44,483 nucleotides of DNA from a virus (lineage: Duplodnaviria > Caudoviricetes). Below, piece after piece: positions 17,409 through 28,013 of the stretch; positions within the stretch are counted from its first letter, which is position 1, and each line of letters opens with the position of its first letter. The notes under the pieces were generated by a model. It was given only the letters and a program-made list of their open reading frames with translations, searched no databases and was not told where the DNA came from. The translations under genes and the position numbers were made by a program. The stretch covers positions 1-44,483 of the IMG/VR virus record IMGVR_UViG_3300032257_000028, one strand, 5' to 3'.

Positions 17409-19008
17409 CCGCGTCGTAGAGCGGCTCGTCGTCGCGATCAAGTACGCCGTCGATCAGACGAGCCTGCGCAATTCTCTGTCGAGCTACACGCAGGTATCGA
17501 GCGCTATCGCTGCGGCGACGCTCGCTGTGGCGGGCTTCACCATCGCCCAGGCTGCCCAGCTCGACGAGGTCGCAAAGACGGCCCGCGCTCTGTCGATGAC
17601 GACCGAGGAGTACACGGCTCTCACCCATGCGGCCAACATCGGCGGTGTGAGCCAGAGCGAGCTCGGCACCGCGTTGCGGTCTCTCACCCTTCGTCTAGGC
17701 GCTGCCGGCGCCGGCTCGAAGGAGGCCTCGGACGACTTCGCCAGGCTCGGGATCTCCATCCGAGACGCGAACGGGAACCTGAAGACCGCCGGCCAGGTGC
17801 TCCCGGAGTTCGCTGACGCCCTGAAGAGTATGAGTCAGGGCGACGCCGCGGCGCTGATGGTCCGCAACCTCGGGCGCTCCGGGCTGACGATGAAGACCTT
17901 CCTCGATGGTGGGTCGGAATCAATCCGCGAGCTCACCGCGGAGGCCGAGGATCTGGGCGTCGTGCTGGACAGCGAGACCGCCGCGAGCGCCGAGCGATTG
18001 ACTGACTCGGTCACCCGCATGTGGGCAATCGTGAAGGGCTTCGGCTTCCAGCTCTCCGGAGAGCTGATGCCGCGGCTCGCGGATGTGATCGACTCGTTCG
18101 TCGGTTGGGCTAAGGCGAACGACGGGATCCTGCGGAGCGGGATCGAGCGGGGCGTGCGCGCCCTCGGCCTCGCCCTTGACTACCTGGCTACCCCGGTCGG
18201 CAAGGTTGCCGCCGGCATGGTCGCCGTCGGCGCCGCGATTGGGGCGGGGCAGGCTGCGGGCGGGCTTATCGGCGCGATGCGGCTGGCGTCTCCCGCGATC
18301 AATGCGGTCGCTACTTCGATGGGCGGACTGTCCGCGAGCATGGCTCTCCCGGTGCTCGGCGCGGTCGGGCTCGCGCTTGTTCTCGAGGATCTGTGGGTGA
18401 CCTCCCAGGGAGGAGATTCGGTCACTCGCCGACTGGCGGCCGCGTTCGGCGTCGAGGATGAGACCGTTCGACTTCTCGCGGGCTCCGTCGAGGTGCTGTC
18501 TGCGGCCTCCGAGGCGATGGCTGCGCTGTTCCGCGAGTCCGCCCTGGCTTCGGTGGATGCGCTTACCTCCGGGCTGACCGGCTTGGCGGGCGCGCTGACA
18601 GGCATCGTGATGTTCCTGCCGAACCTGCTCGGGCTCAAGTGGGAGGACACCCCGATGGTCCGGTTTGGAAACTGGCTGGCGAGCTTCCTCCCGTCGCTCT
18701 CGGCGGTGATGGACGCCCTTGGAGGGGCGTTCGATTTCGGCAAGGCGACGCAGGGGTTCAAGATGCTCTCGCGCTTTGCTGCCGGTGATTCCGGTGTGCA
18801 GCTCAACCAGGACCGTGGAGCCATCAATAGATTCGTGACCGCGCCAGTTACCGGCGTCGCCCAAAGCGCCCGTGAACGGGCCGGCGTCACCGTCTCGCCG
18901 ACCATCAACGTCAACGCGGGCGCATCGAAGGCGGACATCCGCGCGGAGTCGTTCCGGGTCTTCGGCCAGGAGCTCGACATGGCCCTGTCGACGGCGGGGG
19001 TCCTGTGA
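17398..19008 (+). CDS. Tape measure protein
   Basis: Ala/Gly-rich helical protein; FARLGISIRDANGNLK motif. Confidence 0.9.
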   Translation: MAADRVVERLVVAIKYAVDQTSLRNSLSSYTQVSSAIAAATLAVAGFTIAQAAQLDEVAKTARALSMTTEEYTALTHAANIGGVSQSELGTALRSLTLRLGAAGAGSKEASDDFARLGISIRDANGNLKTAGQVLPEFADALKSMSQGDAAALMVRNLGRSGLTMKTFLDGGSESIRELTAEAEDLGVVLDSETAASAERLTDSVTRMWAIVKGFGFQLSGELMPRLADVIDSFVGWAKANDGILRSGIERGVRALGLALDYLATPVGKVAAGMVAVGAAIGAGQAAGGLIGAMRLASPAINAVATSMGGLSASMALPVLGAVGLALVLEDLWVTSQGGDSVTRRLAAAFGVEDETVRLLAGSVEVLSAASEAMAALFRESALASVDALTSGLTGLAGALTGIVMFLPNLLGLKWEDTPMVRFGNWLASFLPSLSAVMDALGGAFDFGKATQGFKMLSRFAAGDSGVQLNQDRGAINRFVTAPVTGVAQSARERAGVTVSPTINVNAGASKADIRAESFRVFGQELDMALSTAGVL

Positions 19009-19586
19009 GCACCGAGGTCGCCCTGATTCGTGAGGACGCCACCGAGACCATCGTGCTCGAGGGAGCGATCTCGCTTCAGCTCACGCACAACGGCCGAGTC
19101 ACCGAGTATCCGGTGCCGGACCGGGAGCACATCTCCGACGGCTTCATCCGCCTCCCGCGCCTGGTGACCATCTCCGCGATCGTCTCACCAAGAGCCGACA
19201 CGCCAGGACGGGCTCCAGGAGACGCCGGCGTCGCCGAGGTCTGCGACCAGCTCGAGCGGTGGCAGCGAGACGCGGCCCCCATCTCCGTCCAGCGACCGGG
19301 TCGGCCGCTTATCCAACTCATGGCGATCGAGTCATGGAGTGAGCGCCAGGACGTCACCGACGGACTCAACGTCGAGATCGCGCTGAAGGGTATCCGGATC
19401 GCCCAGTCGGCGGCGGTATCCGTGGCTGGCCCGCCGCGTGCGGACATGGCCGGGAGCCAGGCGGATCCTGGGAACTCGGGGCCTGGCGTGCTGACCGACT
19501 TCAGCGGTGATGCGGCGGCAAGCGATCTTGCAGGCCCGGCGAACCGCACATCCCTGCTATTGACCCTGCTCGGGGGTGCAGGATGA
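19005..19586 (+). CDS. Baseplate/tube initiator (Dit-like)
   Basis: VTEYPV...ISD...P motif directly after the tape measure. Confidence 0.7.
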   Translation: MSTEVALIREDATETIVLEGAISLQLTHNGRVTEYPVPDREHISDGFIRLPRLVTISAIVSPRADTPGRAPGDAGVAEVCDQLERWQRDAAPISVQRPGRPLIQLMAIESWSERQDVTDGLNVEIALKGIRIAQSAAVSVAGPPRADMAGSQADPGNSGPGVLTDFSGDAAASDLAGPANRTSLLLTLLGGAG

Positions 19587-19951
19587 TCCGCGATCGGCTG
19601 ATGGACATCCGCACCGGAGGACGCATCGCCTTCGAGCGCTCCTTTACTCTCGAAGAGGTCGTCGTGAACCTCCGGTTCCGCTGGCTGGCCCGGATCGAAC
19701 GGTGGCTGGTCGAGATGTTCGCCGCGGACGGCGGACGGCTGTCGCTTCCACAGGTCGTCCAGCCGAGTGCCGAGTTGCTCTTCGACCGCCGCCCGGCGAA
19801 CGCTCCTCCGGGTCGGCTGCTCTGGACGGGACCCGACGACTACACCCAGGCCAGTCTGGGCGTGACGCTGACGCTGCTGTACATCGACTCCATCACGCCG
19901 GAGCGCCGCAACGTCCGTGACACCTACGTCACTCTGGGGATCATCTCATGA
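19583..19951 (+). CDS. Baseplate protein
   Basis: LRFRW...W motif and gene order. Confidence 0.6.
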   Translation: MIRDRLMDIRTGGRIAFERSFTLEEVVVNLRFRWLARIERWLVEMFAADGGRLSLPQVVQPSAELLFDRRPANAPPGRLLWTGPDDYTQASLGVTLTLLYIDSITPERRNVRDTYVTLGIIS

Positions 19952-20763
19952 GCATCCTTGCGCGCCGGGAATGGGCTCTCGAGGTCGGCACGCCTGGCGG
20001 CCGGGCCGTCCGCTACGAAGGTATGCGGATGACCTTCGAGGTGCGGCTCGGCGGGGACCCCACCGACCACGGGGCGACCATCGGTTACTGGATGCCGCCC
20101 CTCAATATGGTGCATTCGCTCGGCGCCGAGGACATCGTCGTGCGCGTGCTCGCTGGGTACGAGGACGGCGGCGCTGTGGAGATGGCCCGCGGGGCAGTCG
20201 TCGCAGGCAGCATCAAGGACCGGCGAGGATCGACCGATCCCAACGTCGAGTTCCAGATTTCGGCAGCGGGAACGGAGATGCTCCCGGTGCTGTCCCGCTC
20301 GATGCCCGGTCCGGTCTCGGCATCGGAGGTGATCGAGCAGATCCGTGCCGACCTCGGCCTTCCTGCCGACTCCATCGATCTGGCCGATGATCCCGTGTTC
20401 GAGCGCGGCTACATGCTCTCCGGCACGCCACGCGCGGTGCTGTCCGAGCTCGCGCTCTCCACCGGCTGCAACTGGGACCTGCCCGACGGCCGGCTTCGAT
20501 TCTGGCCTCGAGGTCAGCCCGCTCGACAGCTCCGCGATCTGTGGACCTCGGGGACGGGGCTGCTGGAGGTCAGCGGCCCAGGCTCGCAGCGGACCATCGA
20601 AGCGATGGCGCTGCTCCGGCCTGCGATGCGGCCCGGAGACATCGTCCGTATCGATGACCAGAGTCATCAGGGCGACATCGTGGTCCAGGACTGCACACAC
20701 TCCGGCGACACCTTCGGGGATCCGTGGTTCACCCGCATCACCGGGAGGCCTCTCGATGGCTAA
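19948..20763 (+). CDS. Baseplate hub protein
   Basis: VLAGY, TGLL..P, LLRPAMRPGD, HSGDTFGDPW. Confidence 0.75.
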   Translation: MSILARREWALEVGTPGGRAVRYEGMRMTFEVRLGGDPTDHGATIGYWMPPLNMVHSLGAEDIVVRVLAGYEDGGAVEMARGAVVAGSIKDRRGSTDPNVEFQISAAGTEMLPVLSRSMPGPVSASEVIEQIRADLGLPADSIDLADDPVFERGYMLSGTPRAVLSELALSTGCNWDLPDGRLRFWPRGQPARQLRDLWTSGTGLLEVSGPGSQRTIEAMALLRPAMRPGDIVRIDDQSHQGDIVVQDCTHSGDTFGDPWFTRITGRPLDG

Positions 20764-21409
20764 GCACACCTCCCTCTCGAAGCTTGTCGCGAAGATCAAC
20801 GACCGGATCCGCCAGAGTGTCCGGGTATCGGTGGTCGCGCGGGTGGAGTCCTTCGATCCAGCGACATCGACGGCGGACGTGAAGATCGTGGTCCAGGAGG
20901 AGCGAGTCACGGCCGACGGCGACCGCATCCCTATCGAAGCCGTCTCGATTCCTGGCTGCCCGGTTCTGTGGCCAGGTGGCTGGCTGCGTGGGATGACGGT
21001 TGGGCTCGAGCAAGGTGACGAGGTCATCGCCCTCATCCGCACGCAGTCGCACGACGAGATCGACGGAGACCGCGATGTCGGGCCAGTCCTGCCAGCGGCC
21101 GCCCGGCGAATGGACCTGTCGGACGTGGTGCTGATCCCCGGCTATCACCGGCCCGCGGCGAGCTGGCCGAGCAGCCGATGGCGCTCTGATGGGCAGATGG
21201 TGCTCTACGTCGGCAGCGGCGAGGCGGTCTTCGTGGGTGACAGTACGGCCGCGAAGGCTCTGGCGCTTGCGGAGAAGGTGAACGCTCGACTGACCTCAAT
21301 CCAAAGCAAGTACGACACCCACAAGCACGCATCTTCTTCAGCGATACCAGACACGCTGATCGGGCCCCTCGATCCAGTTGACTGCGCCGACGTGAAGGTG
21401 CGCTCATGA
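20756..21409 (+). CDS. Baseplate central spike (Gp138/gpV-like)
   Basis: ARVESFDP, CPVLWP, GDEVI, C-terminal metal-binding THKH. Confidence 0.8.
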   Translation: MAKHTSLSKLVAKINDRIRQSVRVSVVARVESFDPATSTADVKIVVQEERVTADGDRIPIEAVSIPGCPVLWPGGWLRGMTVGLEQGDEVIALIRTQSHDEIDGDRDVGPVLPAAARRMDLSDVVLIPGYHRPAASWPSSRWRSDGQMVLYVGSGEAVFVGDSTAAKALALAEKVNARLTSIQSKYDTHKHASSSAIPDTLIGPLDPVDCADVKVRS

Positions 21410-21825
21410 GCCGCCCCTGCCTCGCCCTGGACCCGACCGGCACCCGGATCGCCGTCCCGCTCCGCTACGTCTCGGGCGCCGAAGCCGTGCTCACCAAGGT
21501 CCGCATCGCGCTCCAGTCGGTGCGCGGATTCTGGCCGGACAACACCCAGTTCGGCCTTCCGCTGCTCGAATGGCTCGCCAACCCGGCGACGCCTCTGATC
21601 GAGATCGAGGGCACCGTTCGTCTCATCCTGTCCCGGATCGAGGGCGTGCTCGAGGTGGTGGCCGTGGAGGCGGCCAAAACCGGCGGCAACGTTGCCATCA
21701 CCGTGCGCATCATCGTCGACAACGGGGCTGACGAGGCACTCGTCGCGCTCGTGGGCGACATCGACGACCCGAACAGTCCAGGCGCCTGGTGGGCGCTCTT
21801 CGGCCCGAACCCATTGGTGCCCTGA
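21406..21825 (+). CDS. Baseplate wedge (gp25/W-like)
   Basis: RGFWPDNTQFGLP...IEGV. Confidence 0.7.
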   Translation: MSRPCLALDPTGTRIAVPLRYVSGAEAVLTKVRIALQSVRGFWPDNTQFGLPLLEWLANPATPLIEIEGTVRLILSRIEGVLEVVAVEAAKTGGNVAITVRIIVDNGADEALVALVGDIDDPNSPGAWWALFGPNPLVP

Positions 21826-22991
21826 TGACGCTTGTGAACGACCAAATCTGGACGGTCAGCATCTCCTCGGAGCGGCTCCTTGCGATCCGAAGCGATCTCG
21901 ATGCCGCCCTCGACACGACGCTCGACTACGACCTGACCGCGGATGGTGCATGGACGCGTGCGCAGGCGGAGCTCGCTTACCGGCAGGACCAGGGCATGGC
22001 CCTCGCGCTGGCTACGATGCTTACGGTGTCGGCGCCCCCGGCGGCGCTCTATGCGAGGGCGGTAGACGCTGGCCTAACGCCTCGTCCAGCGGTCGCTAAC
22101 GAGCGGCTCATGCCGGTGAACGTGACTTCGGGGCCGCTGCTGCTCTCGCCCGATCAGAAGGTCGTCGACGACCAGGGCCGGACGTGGACCATCATCGGCG
22201 CGCTCGAGCAGGGCACATTCTCGGCGATCGAGCTCAACGCGGACGGAAAGTACAGCATCGACAACCAAGACCTACTGCACCTGCTCGCGCCTTTCGAGGG
22301 CGCCATCGTGGTCACCTCGTTCTCCTTCACGCCCACGATCTCCGGGGTGAGCTTCGTGTCGCCCTCGAGCGGGGCGATCTTCGTCGGCGGTCGCGATGCC
22401 GAGACGCCTGCACAGCTTCGAGCACGCCTCGCAGGCACCAAGGTGTCGCCGAGCGGATCCGCGACGGGCCTGCATACCGGACTGATGGAGATCGACGGTG
22501 TAGAGGCGGTGTCCATCACCGAGAGCGCGGGCTCCATCGAAGTCGCCTTCCAGACCAGCTCGACTGAGGGCGGCGTCGTGTCCCTGATCGAGATACCCGA
22601 GGCGGTGTATCGCCTGAAGGCTGCTGGTATCGCAACGACCGGAAGCAGCGGAGGTACGATCACGGGTGTCGACGGATTCCCGGTGCAAATCAGCTTCGGC
22701 TCGCTGTCCACCACCACCGTCGCGGTGGTAGCAGCGCTCATCACCGACGGCACCATCTCCGACACCGATGCCATCGCTGCCGCGGAGGTCGCCATCTCCG
22801 GAGTGTTCGCCACCCTATCGCCAGGTGACCCCATCCGGCTCCTCGCTCTTCAGGCGGCCATCGGTGGAATCACGGGCGTCATTGGGCTAACCACGCTCAC
22901 GCTTGACGGCGGCACGGCGGACATCACGCCATCGACATCTACGACGCTGCTGACGCCAGCGCTGCCGATGACTGTGACGGTGACGCCATGA
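21825..22991 (+). CDS. Baseplate J-like protein
   Basis: GGRDAETPAQLRAR, IDGVEAV, KAAGI. Confidence 0.85.
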   Translation: MTLVNDQIWTVSISSERLLAIRSDLDAALDTTLDYDLTADGAWTRAQAELAYRQDQGMALALATMLTVSAPPAALYARAVDAGLTPRPAVANERLMPVNVTSGPLLLSPDQKVVDDQGRTWTIIGALEQGTFSAIELNADGKYSIDNQDLLHLLAPFEGAIVVTSFSFTPTISGVSFVSPSSGAIFVGGRDAETPAQLRARLAGTKVSPSGSATGLHTGLMEIDGVEAVSITESAGSIEVAFQTSSTEGGVVSLIEIPEAVYRLKAAGIATTGSSGGTITGVDGFPVQISFGSLSTTTVAVVAALITDGTISDTDAIAAAEVAISGVFATLSPGDPIRLLALQAAIGGITGVIGLTTLTLDGGTADITPSTSTTLLTPALPMTVTVTP

Positions 22992-23554
22992 GCTACCCAT
23001 ACGTAGACCATGACGAGGCCGCGATCGGAGTGCTGCCAGGCATTGCTGCCCGAGATGAGGCGGGCACCTACTTCGTGGAGATGACGAGGCAGCTCTCGTA
23101 TCTCGATGAGGACGTCGCGGAAATCTACGAAGGGCTGGTCGACCTCGAGCTCGCCACCGGCGGCGTGCTCGACATCGCCGGCGACCTGGCCGGCGAGGTC
23201 CGCGGCGGCCTCGAGGACTTCGAGTACCGCCGACTCATCGCCGGTCGTCGCATCGCCCGAGCTGGAGCCATCACCGCGCCCCGCGTGTGGGCCGGATGGA
23301 TGGCCTTGACCCTCGCATCTGGTGGGCGGCTCTACGAGCTTCCGCCTGCGTCGGTGCTGCTGACCGCTGATGTGACCTGGATTCCGAGCTCCACCTGGCT
23401 CGTCCGTGCCGGGGCCGTCGTGCGCGATCTCCTCGCCGCCGGTGTCCACGGAAACGCGGTCGTCGTGCCGCCCTCCAGCGCTCGGTACAACGCCGCTGGC
23501 CTGCCCTACGGGGTCGGGTCCTACGCCTACACACTTTCCGTCATGGGGGCTTGA
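22988..23554 (+). CDS. Baseplate wedge protein (DUF2612/gpI-like)
   Basis: ATGGVLDIAGDLAGEVRGGLEDFEYRRLI. Confidence 0.75.
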   Translation: MSYPYVDHDEAAIGVLPGIAARDEAGTYFVEMTRQLSYLDEDVAEIYEGLVDLELATGGVLDIAGDLAGEVRGGLEDFEYRRLIAGRRIARAGAITAPRVWAGWMALTLASGGRLYELPPASVLLTADVTWIPSSTWLVRAGAVVRDLLAAGVHGNAVVVPPSSARYNAAGLPYGVGSYAYTLSVMGA

Positions 23555-24183
23555 TGCCTACGAAACCGACAACGAACCCATACCAGTGGGCCACGAATCC
23601 CGGCACCCAGGAGCTTCCCTCCACGGGGCTCCAAGAGGCCGGGTTCGCCGATGGAATGCCCGTCCCCGACAAGATCCACAACCACATGTTCGGGACGCTC
23701 TTCGCCTGGCTGGTGTTCCTGTGGGGCGGCTTGCTCGGGGGGATCACCGGCGAGTTGGTATTCCTGCCATCCGTGTCGGCACCTTGGCACCCAGGTCCTG
23801 CTGACACCACCACAACGATCTCGGCGATCAACCCGGACGGAGTAACGATCACGAACAACGGCGGAGACAATGTCGCCGCCGCCTACTGGGCTCACCTGAT
23901 TGCTTCTGGAACAATTGGCAACGTTGACATCGATATCGGCGCCCTGACCACCACGACAGGCAATGCTTCGGTTTCAATCACGATCAGCGGGTACAACGGC
24001 GGGCCAGGCGTCCCGGTGACGGCGACCTATGCGGCAAACATTTCCTCCACAGGCGTGACAACGGTTCCCCAAACCGCCGGAACCGCACCCACAGAGGGGC
24101 CGCTTACCGTACGATGCCAGATTACAACCGGCTCTACCAGTGGTGACCTTGTTCGCGTCGACTCACTAACAATCAACCTCTGA
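23554..24183 (+). CDS. Tail fibre proximal/attachment protein
   Basis: WAT...P...GF...P..NHMF N-terminal motif typical of baseplate-anchored fibres. Confidence 0.6.
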   Translation: MPTKPTTNPYQWATNPGTQELPSTGLQEAGFADGMPVPDKIHNHMFGTLFAWLVFLWGGLLGGITGELVFLPSVSAPWHPGPADTTTTISAINPDGVTITNNGGDNVAAAYWAHLIASGTIGNVDIDIGALTTTTGNASVSITISGYNGGPGVPVTATYAANISSTGVTTVPQTAGTAPTEGPLTVRCQITTGSTSGDLVRVDSLTINL

Positions 24184-24190
24184 GGCTCGC

Positions 24191-25078
24191 ATGAGCACCA
24201 CCACCGCCCAAGCATCGATCGCCGCCATCCTGGCCGCAGGCGGAACCACCCGTGTCGACACCACCCTCATCGGGACCGACCGCCGCGAGCTGTCGCCGAA
24301 CCCCTGGGGGCGCCCGAGCGCTGCCGAGGCTGGCTTCACCACGCTGAACACGGGCTCGGTGGACTGCCGAGTTGCCTTCCACGAGACCCCCCAGACGCGG
24401 ACTGTCTACCTTGTGATCGACGAGACGGCGGCGCCGCTGACGGGGAACTACGTCGTCGAGCTCGACACCTTCGTCTCCACCTACGACGCGACCGCCGGCG
24501 CTCCTGCTGATGTCGATGCGCTGCTCACGGCCTGGGCGGCGAAGATCGTGGCCGACATCGGCCCGTCTGGTTCGCTCGGGCAGGCAGTCCAGTCCGCCAC
24601 CCGGGTCGCGTATAAGGACCCCGCCGGAAGCTACGACGCGATCAAGCTGGTCGGCATCGTCGACCCGGCAACCCCGGCCGATGCCGAGCCCGCCGGCGTG
24701 GACTACACGACCTTCTCGATCGGCGCTTCCACGAGCTGCCCGGCCGGCGCCGAGCTGTACATCCTGCGCGAGGTCGACTCGGCCAGCATGGCCATCTACA
24801 CGAAGAACGCGGCGAGCCTCACAACCGAGGTGGAGGCGAACCTCACCTCGGGGATGTCGGCGCTGCTGTCGGGCTGGACGCTCGCGGGCGATGTCGGGGC
24901 GCTCCCGACCGACGGCTATAGCGAGCGGCTCTATATGGCCTCGCAGTCCGCCGGATTCATTCGGCTGTATACCGCTGTAGAGACGGACGAGCCGCTGACC
25001 ATCGTGACCTCGGGCACCGGGATCTACGGCCTGGTCAACCTGGTGGCGGCGTACCTGGCCCCGACGGTGTCGCCGTGA
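24191..25078 (+). CDS. Putative virion structural protein
   Basis: 295 aa, Ala/Thr-rich, GAGG RBS, within the tail module. Confidence 0.55.
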   Translation: MSTTTAQASIAAILAAGGTTRVDTTLIGTDRRELSPNPWGRPSAAEAGFTTLNTGSVDCRVAFHETPQTRTVYLVIDETAAPLTGNYVVELDTFVSTYDATAGAPADVDALLTAWAAKIVADIGPSGSLGQAVQSATRVAYKDPAGSYDAIKLVGIVDPATPADAEPAGVDYTTFSIGASTSCPAGAELYILREVDSASMAIYTKNAASLTTEVEANLTSGMSALLSGWTLAGDVGALPTDGYSERLYMASQSAGFIRLYTAVETDEPLTIVTSGTGIYGLVNLVAAYLAPTVSP

Positions 25079-26415
25079 GTGTCAGAGGCATCATCCCGAA
25101 GACAGGTGGCATTGTGCCTCTGACTCCGGTTGTCACGGTGGGTGGGGGTGGATCTCCACCGGTGAATACTGTTCTACCGGTGATCTCCGGAAGTGCGCTG
25201 GTAGGTGCATCGCTGTCTTGCTCGGCTGGCACTTGGACCGGCGCCGCTACCATCACCTTCACCTACCAGTGGTATCGGGATGGAGTGGCCATTTCGGGAG
25301 CTACTTCCAGCTCCTACACGCTGGTGGCCGCTGACGGGACCGCCGGGATCGCTTGCGTGGTGACCGCCACCAACGGGGACGGGACGGCGAAGGCCGCGGC
25401 CCTCGGTGTGAGCGTGGGGATCGGGCCGGTGTTCACCTCCTACCCATCGATCTCCGGCTCAACGGATGTGGGCAGCGTTCTGACGTGCTCGCCTGGGACT
25501 GCGACCGGGTCGGGCTCGGTGACCTTCACCTACCAGTGGCAGCGCGACGGCGTGGATATCGGGGGCGAGACGGCTGCGGCACATACGGTGGTGGCCGCTG
25601 ATGCTGGTACCCAGCTCGCGTGCGTCGTCACCGCGACGGACGCCGATGCGAGCGCGGACTGCTTCGCGTTCATCCACATCACCCGACCGCTCTGGCACGC
25701 TCGCACGCAGCTCAACGCCGGGCTGGGTTCGCCCACGCTGTCGGACCCTTCGAGCATCTCCAGCGCGGAAAGTCTGGATGCAAGTGGGACCTTCGCCTGC
25801 ACACTGGCTCCAAGCATCGCGGCGGCTACTCCAGACCTCGCGGTGAGATACACGCAGGAGGTCAAGAGTCTAGGTGAGAGCTGGACTTTCGGGAAGCTCA
25901 TCGCAATTCTACGGTCGGTATGGGTCACCAAGCCGACGGCCGGCACCGATGTGTGGGTGGGCGTGGCGGTCACCGACGACGCGGACCCTACAGTCTCTGC
26001 TTGTCGTGGGTTTGGGGCCGCCATGTCGCTGAATGCGGATGGTACGACACAGCTTCGGATGATCCGCAAGTCTACAAGCTGGTCTCTCAACACTGGCGCC
26101 GCAGACGCCATAGGTACCGATTCGGTACTTTTCACGATCACCTTTCAGGGCGATGTCTCGCCGGACACCTCCTATCGGTACTCATCCTCGGTCGGTGTGG
26201 ACTCGTCTGGTGGCGGACTCACCAATGCGGAGCGCCTCGACACAAACAACCACACCGGGTTCAACTTCGAAAACGGAGCCTGGATTCACCTTTTCGCCGG
26301 ACGTACAGCCGGCGATGGCATCGCGCCCAACAACGTGGCCGAGACTGTAGGCTTCCGCGGCCTCGCGTCGCTCATCGGCGCCGACCTCTCAGACCGAGTA
26401 GGAGTCGCACCATGA
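25075..26415 (+). CDS. Ig-like repeat-containing virion protein
   Basis: Two tandem PxISG..VG..LxC..GT...TFTYQWxRDG...T.VAAD.G..xACVVTAT repeats. Confidence 0.75.
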   Translation: MSVRGIIPKTGGIVPLTPVVTVGGGGSPPVNTVLPVISGSALVGASLSCSAGTWTGAATITFTYQWYRDGVAISGATSSSYTLVAADGTAGIACVVTATNGDGTAKAAALGVSVGIGPVFTSYPSISGSTDVGSVLTCSPGTATGSGSVTFTYQWQRDGVDIGGETAAAHTVVAADAGTQLACVVTATDADASADCFAFIHITRPLWHARTQLNAGLGSPTLSDPSSISSAESLDASGTFACTLAPSIAAATPDLAVRYTQEVKSLGESWTFGKLIAILRSVWVTKPTAGTDVWVGVAVTDDADPTVSACRGFGAAMSLNADGTTQLRMIRKSTSWSLNTGAADAIGTDSVLFTITFQGDVSPDTSYRYSSSVGVDSSGGGLTNAERLDTNNHTGFNFENGAWIHLFAGRTAGDGIAPNNVAETVGFRGLASLIGADLSDRVGVAP

Positions 26416-27905
26416 TCTCTCTTCTCTCCCTGGCCATGGCCCAGACCCCCACCGTTCCATTCACGGTCCTCCGCCCCGAGTGGTGGGGCGCCGTCGCGGA
26501 CGACGGGCAGGACGACTACCCCGGCTTCCGGGCCATGGTCACAGTCGCCAACGCACTTGGCAAGGACGTAATCGTCCAGCTCCAGCCGGGCGAGTACCAG
26601 ATCGACCAGTACCGGCGACAGGACGACCCGGACAGCCCCGATCAGCTCCGTTTCGAGTTGATTCAGGGACTCTCCGTCGAGGGCAATGGTGCAACGATTC
26701 GTAGCTTCGGAGCATACAATCGTCGGGCCGGGGTCAAATATCCAAGAAAGAGCCCGGACAACTCGATCAGCCTTCTCACCTTCTCTCGCGTCACCTCCCT
26801 CCGGGTCAGCGACATCACGGTGCTAGGCGGCGTGCAGGACATGACACGAGACTCCGGCGTGGCGGAAAACGGAGGCAATAACGGCGTTTCTCTGTCCTCT
26901 GTCACCGGAGCAGTGATCACCGATGTCGAGTCCTCCTACTGGGCGGCGGATGGCTTCTACTTCGGCGCTGGCTCCAAGGTGGCTGGCGTCTACACCGCCT
27001 CGAAGGACATCCAGATGCGGCGTATCAAGGCATGGCACAATCGCAGGCAGGGTATGAGCATCATCCAGGCGGCAGGCGTGCTCTGCGAGGATTGCGATCT
27101 CTCCTACACCGGCTCGGATATGCCCTACGGCGCGCACAATCCGCGCGCCGGGGTAGACATCGAGCCTCATCGCCGCGAGTGCGGGCACCCAGCGCTAGCA
27201 GAGGGGGATGTATGCGTCGATGTCATCACCGGGGGGATCACCTTCATCCGGCCAGTGCTCAAGCAAAACAAGGGTTTCTGCTTCGTTTCCGAGGACACCA
27301 ATAAGGTCGACGACGTGACGATCAAGGACATCTTCTGCGAGGTCGACCCGACTACCAATGGGGGCTCGGGGATGCTGGTATCGGTCCGCAACGGGCTGGT
27401 AGACGGTGGCCACGTCGACCTGGCCCGTCGTAAGTGGTACCTCACCTTCAAGAATGACTTCAAATACTTCGCATCCGACACCGTGATTCGGAACGTCGAC
27501 ATTACAGGGTCGGGATTCAATCTGTACTATGGACCCACGGCCTACCTGACAAAGACAGTCGCGCTGGAGAATGTCGACTACACAGCAAAGGTCGATGGCG
27601 CACCGTGGCCAAGCTACCTTATCTCCATCGGCGAAGGCCCATTCTCGTGGACTGGAGGGACGATCACAATCCCCGCAGACGGCCACGACCTCAAGAGCTA
27701 CGACTACATAGCCAGGCTGCGCGGGGACTGGACAGACGTGACCTTCTCGACTGACCTGGACCCCGATTCTGGGCTCTGGTATTCGCTCTCTGCCGGTGCC
27801 GCGAGCCTTTGCCGAGTGTCGATGGCTGGTCCTCCAGGCGGCGTCAACGTGGGGACCAAGCTACGTAAGGCTCCGGTGCTCTACTCCGACGGGTGCGCGC
27901 CGTGA
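26412..27905 (+). CDS. Right-handed beta-helix (pectate lyase/depolymerase-like) protein with possible signal peptide
   Basis: WGAVADDGQDD, GEY, GNGATI, DGFYFG, HNRRQGMSI, GVDIEP. Confidence 0.8.
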   Translation: MISLLSLAMAQTPTVPFTVLRPEWWGAVADDGQDDYPGFRAMVTVANALGKDVIVQLQPGEYQIDQYRRQDDPDSPDQLRFELIQGLSVEGNGATIRSFGAYNRRAGVKYPRKSPDNSISLLTFSRVTSLRVSDITVLGGVQDMTRDSGVAENGGNNGVSLSSVTGAVITDVESSYWAADGFYFGAGSKVAGVYTASKDIQMRRIKAWHNRRQGMSIIQAAGVLCEDCDLSYTGSDMPYGAHNPRAGVDIEPHRRECGHPALAEGDVCVDVITGGITFIRPVLKQNKGFCFVSEDTNKVDDVTIKDIFCEVDPTTNGGSGMLVSVRNGLVDGGHVDLARRKWYLTFKNDFKYFASDTVIRNVDITGSGFNLYYGPTAYLTKTVALENVDYTAKVDGAPWPSYLISIGEGPFSWTGGTITIPADGHDLKSYDYIARLRGDWTDVTFSTDLDPDSGLWYSLSAGAASLCRVSMAGPPGGVNVGTKLRKAPVLYSDGCAP

Positions 27906-28013
27906 GCCCCCTGACCTGGTCACAACCGGCCCTTCATTCTGACACTGCCACGCGGGGATCAACAGGTCTTCGTTCGCGCTCCGCCCGCCCACACGCCACA
28001 ATGGAGGCATGAC

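Noticed and set aside
24033-24046. CGGCAAACATTTCC as another copy of the 14-bp palindrome
   Set aside because: The spacer is one base too long; not counted.
25075-26415. Diversity-generating retroelement target (repeated segments in a fibre-like gene)
   Set aside because: The repeats are diverged Ig-like domains, not adenine-specific TR/VR pairs, and there is no reverse transcriptase.
6761-27928. Shared CTGAC...GGTCACAAC words upstream of the portal (6761-6785) and the lysis genes (27911-27925) as a late promoter motif
   Set aside because: Only two instances with different spacing; too weak to call by eye.
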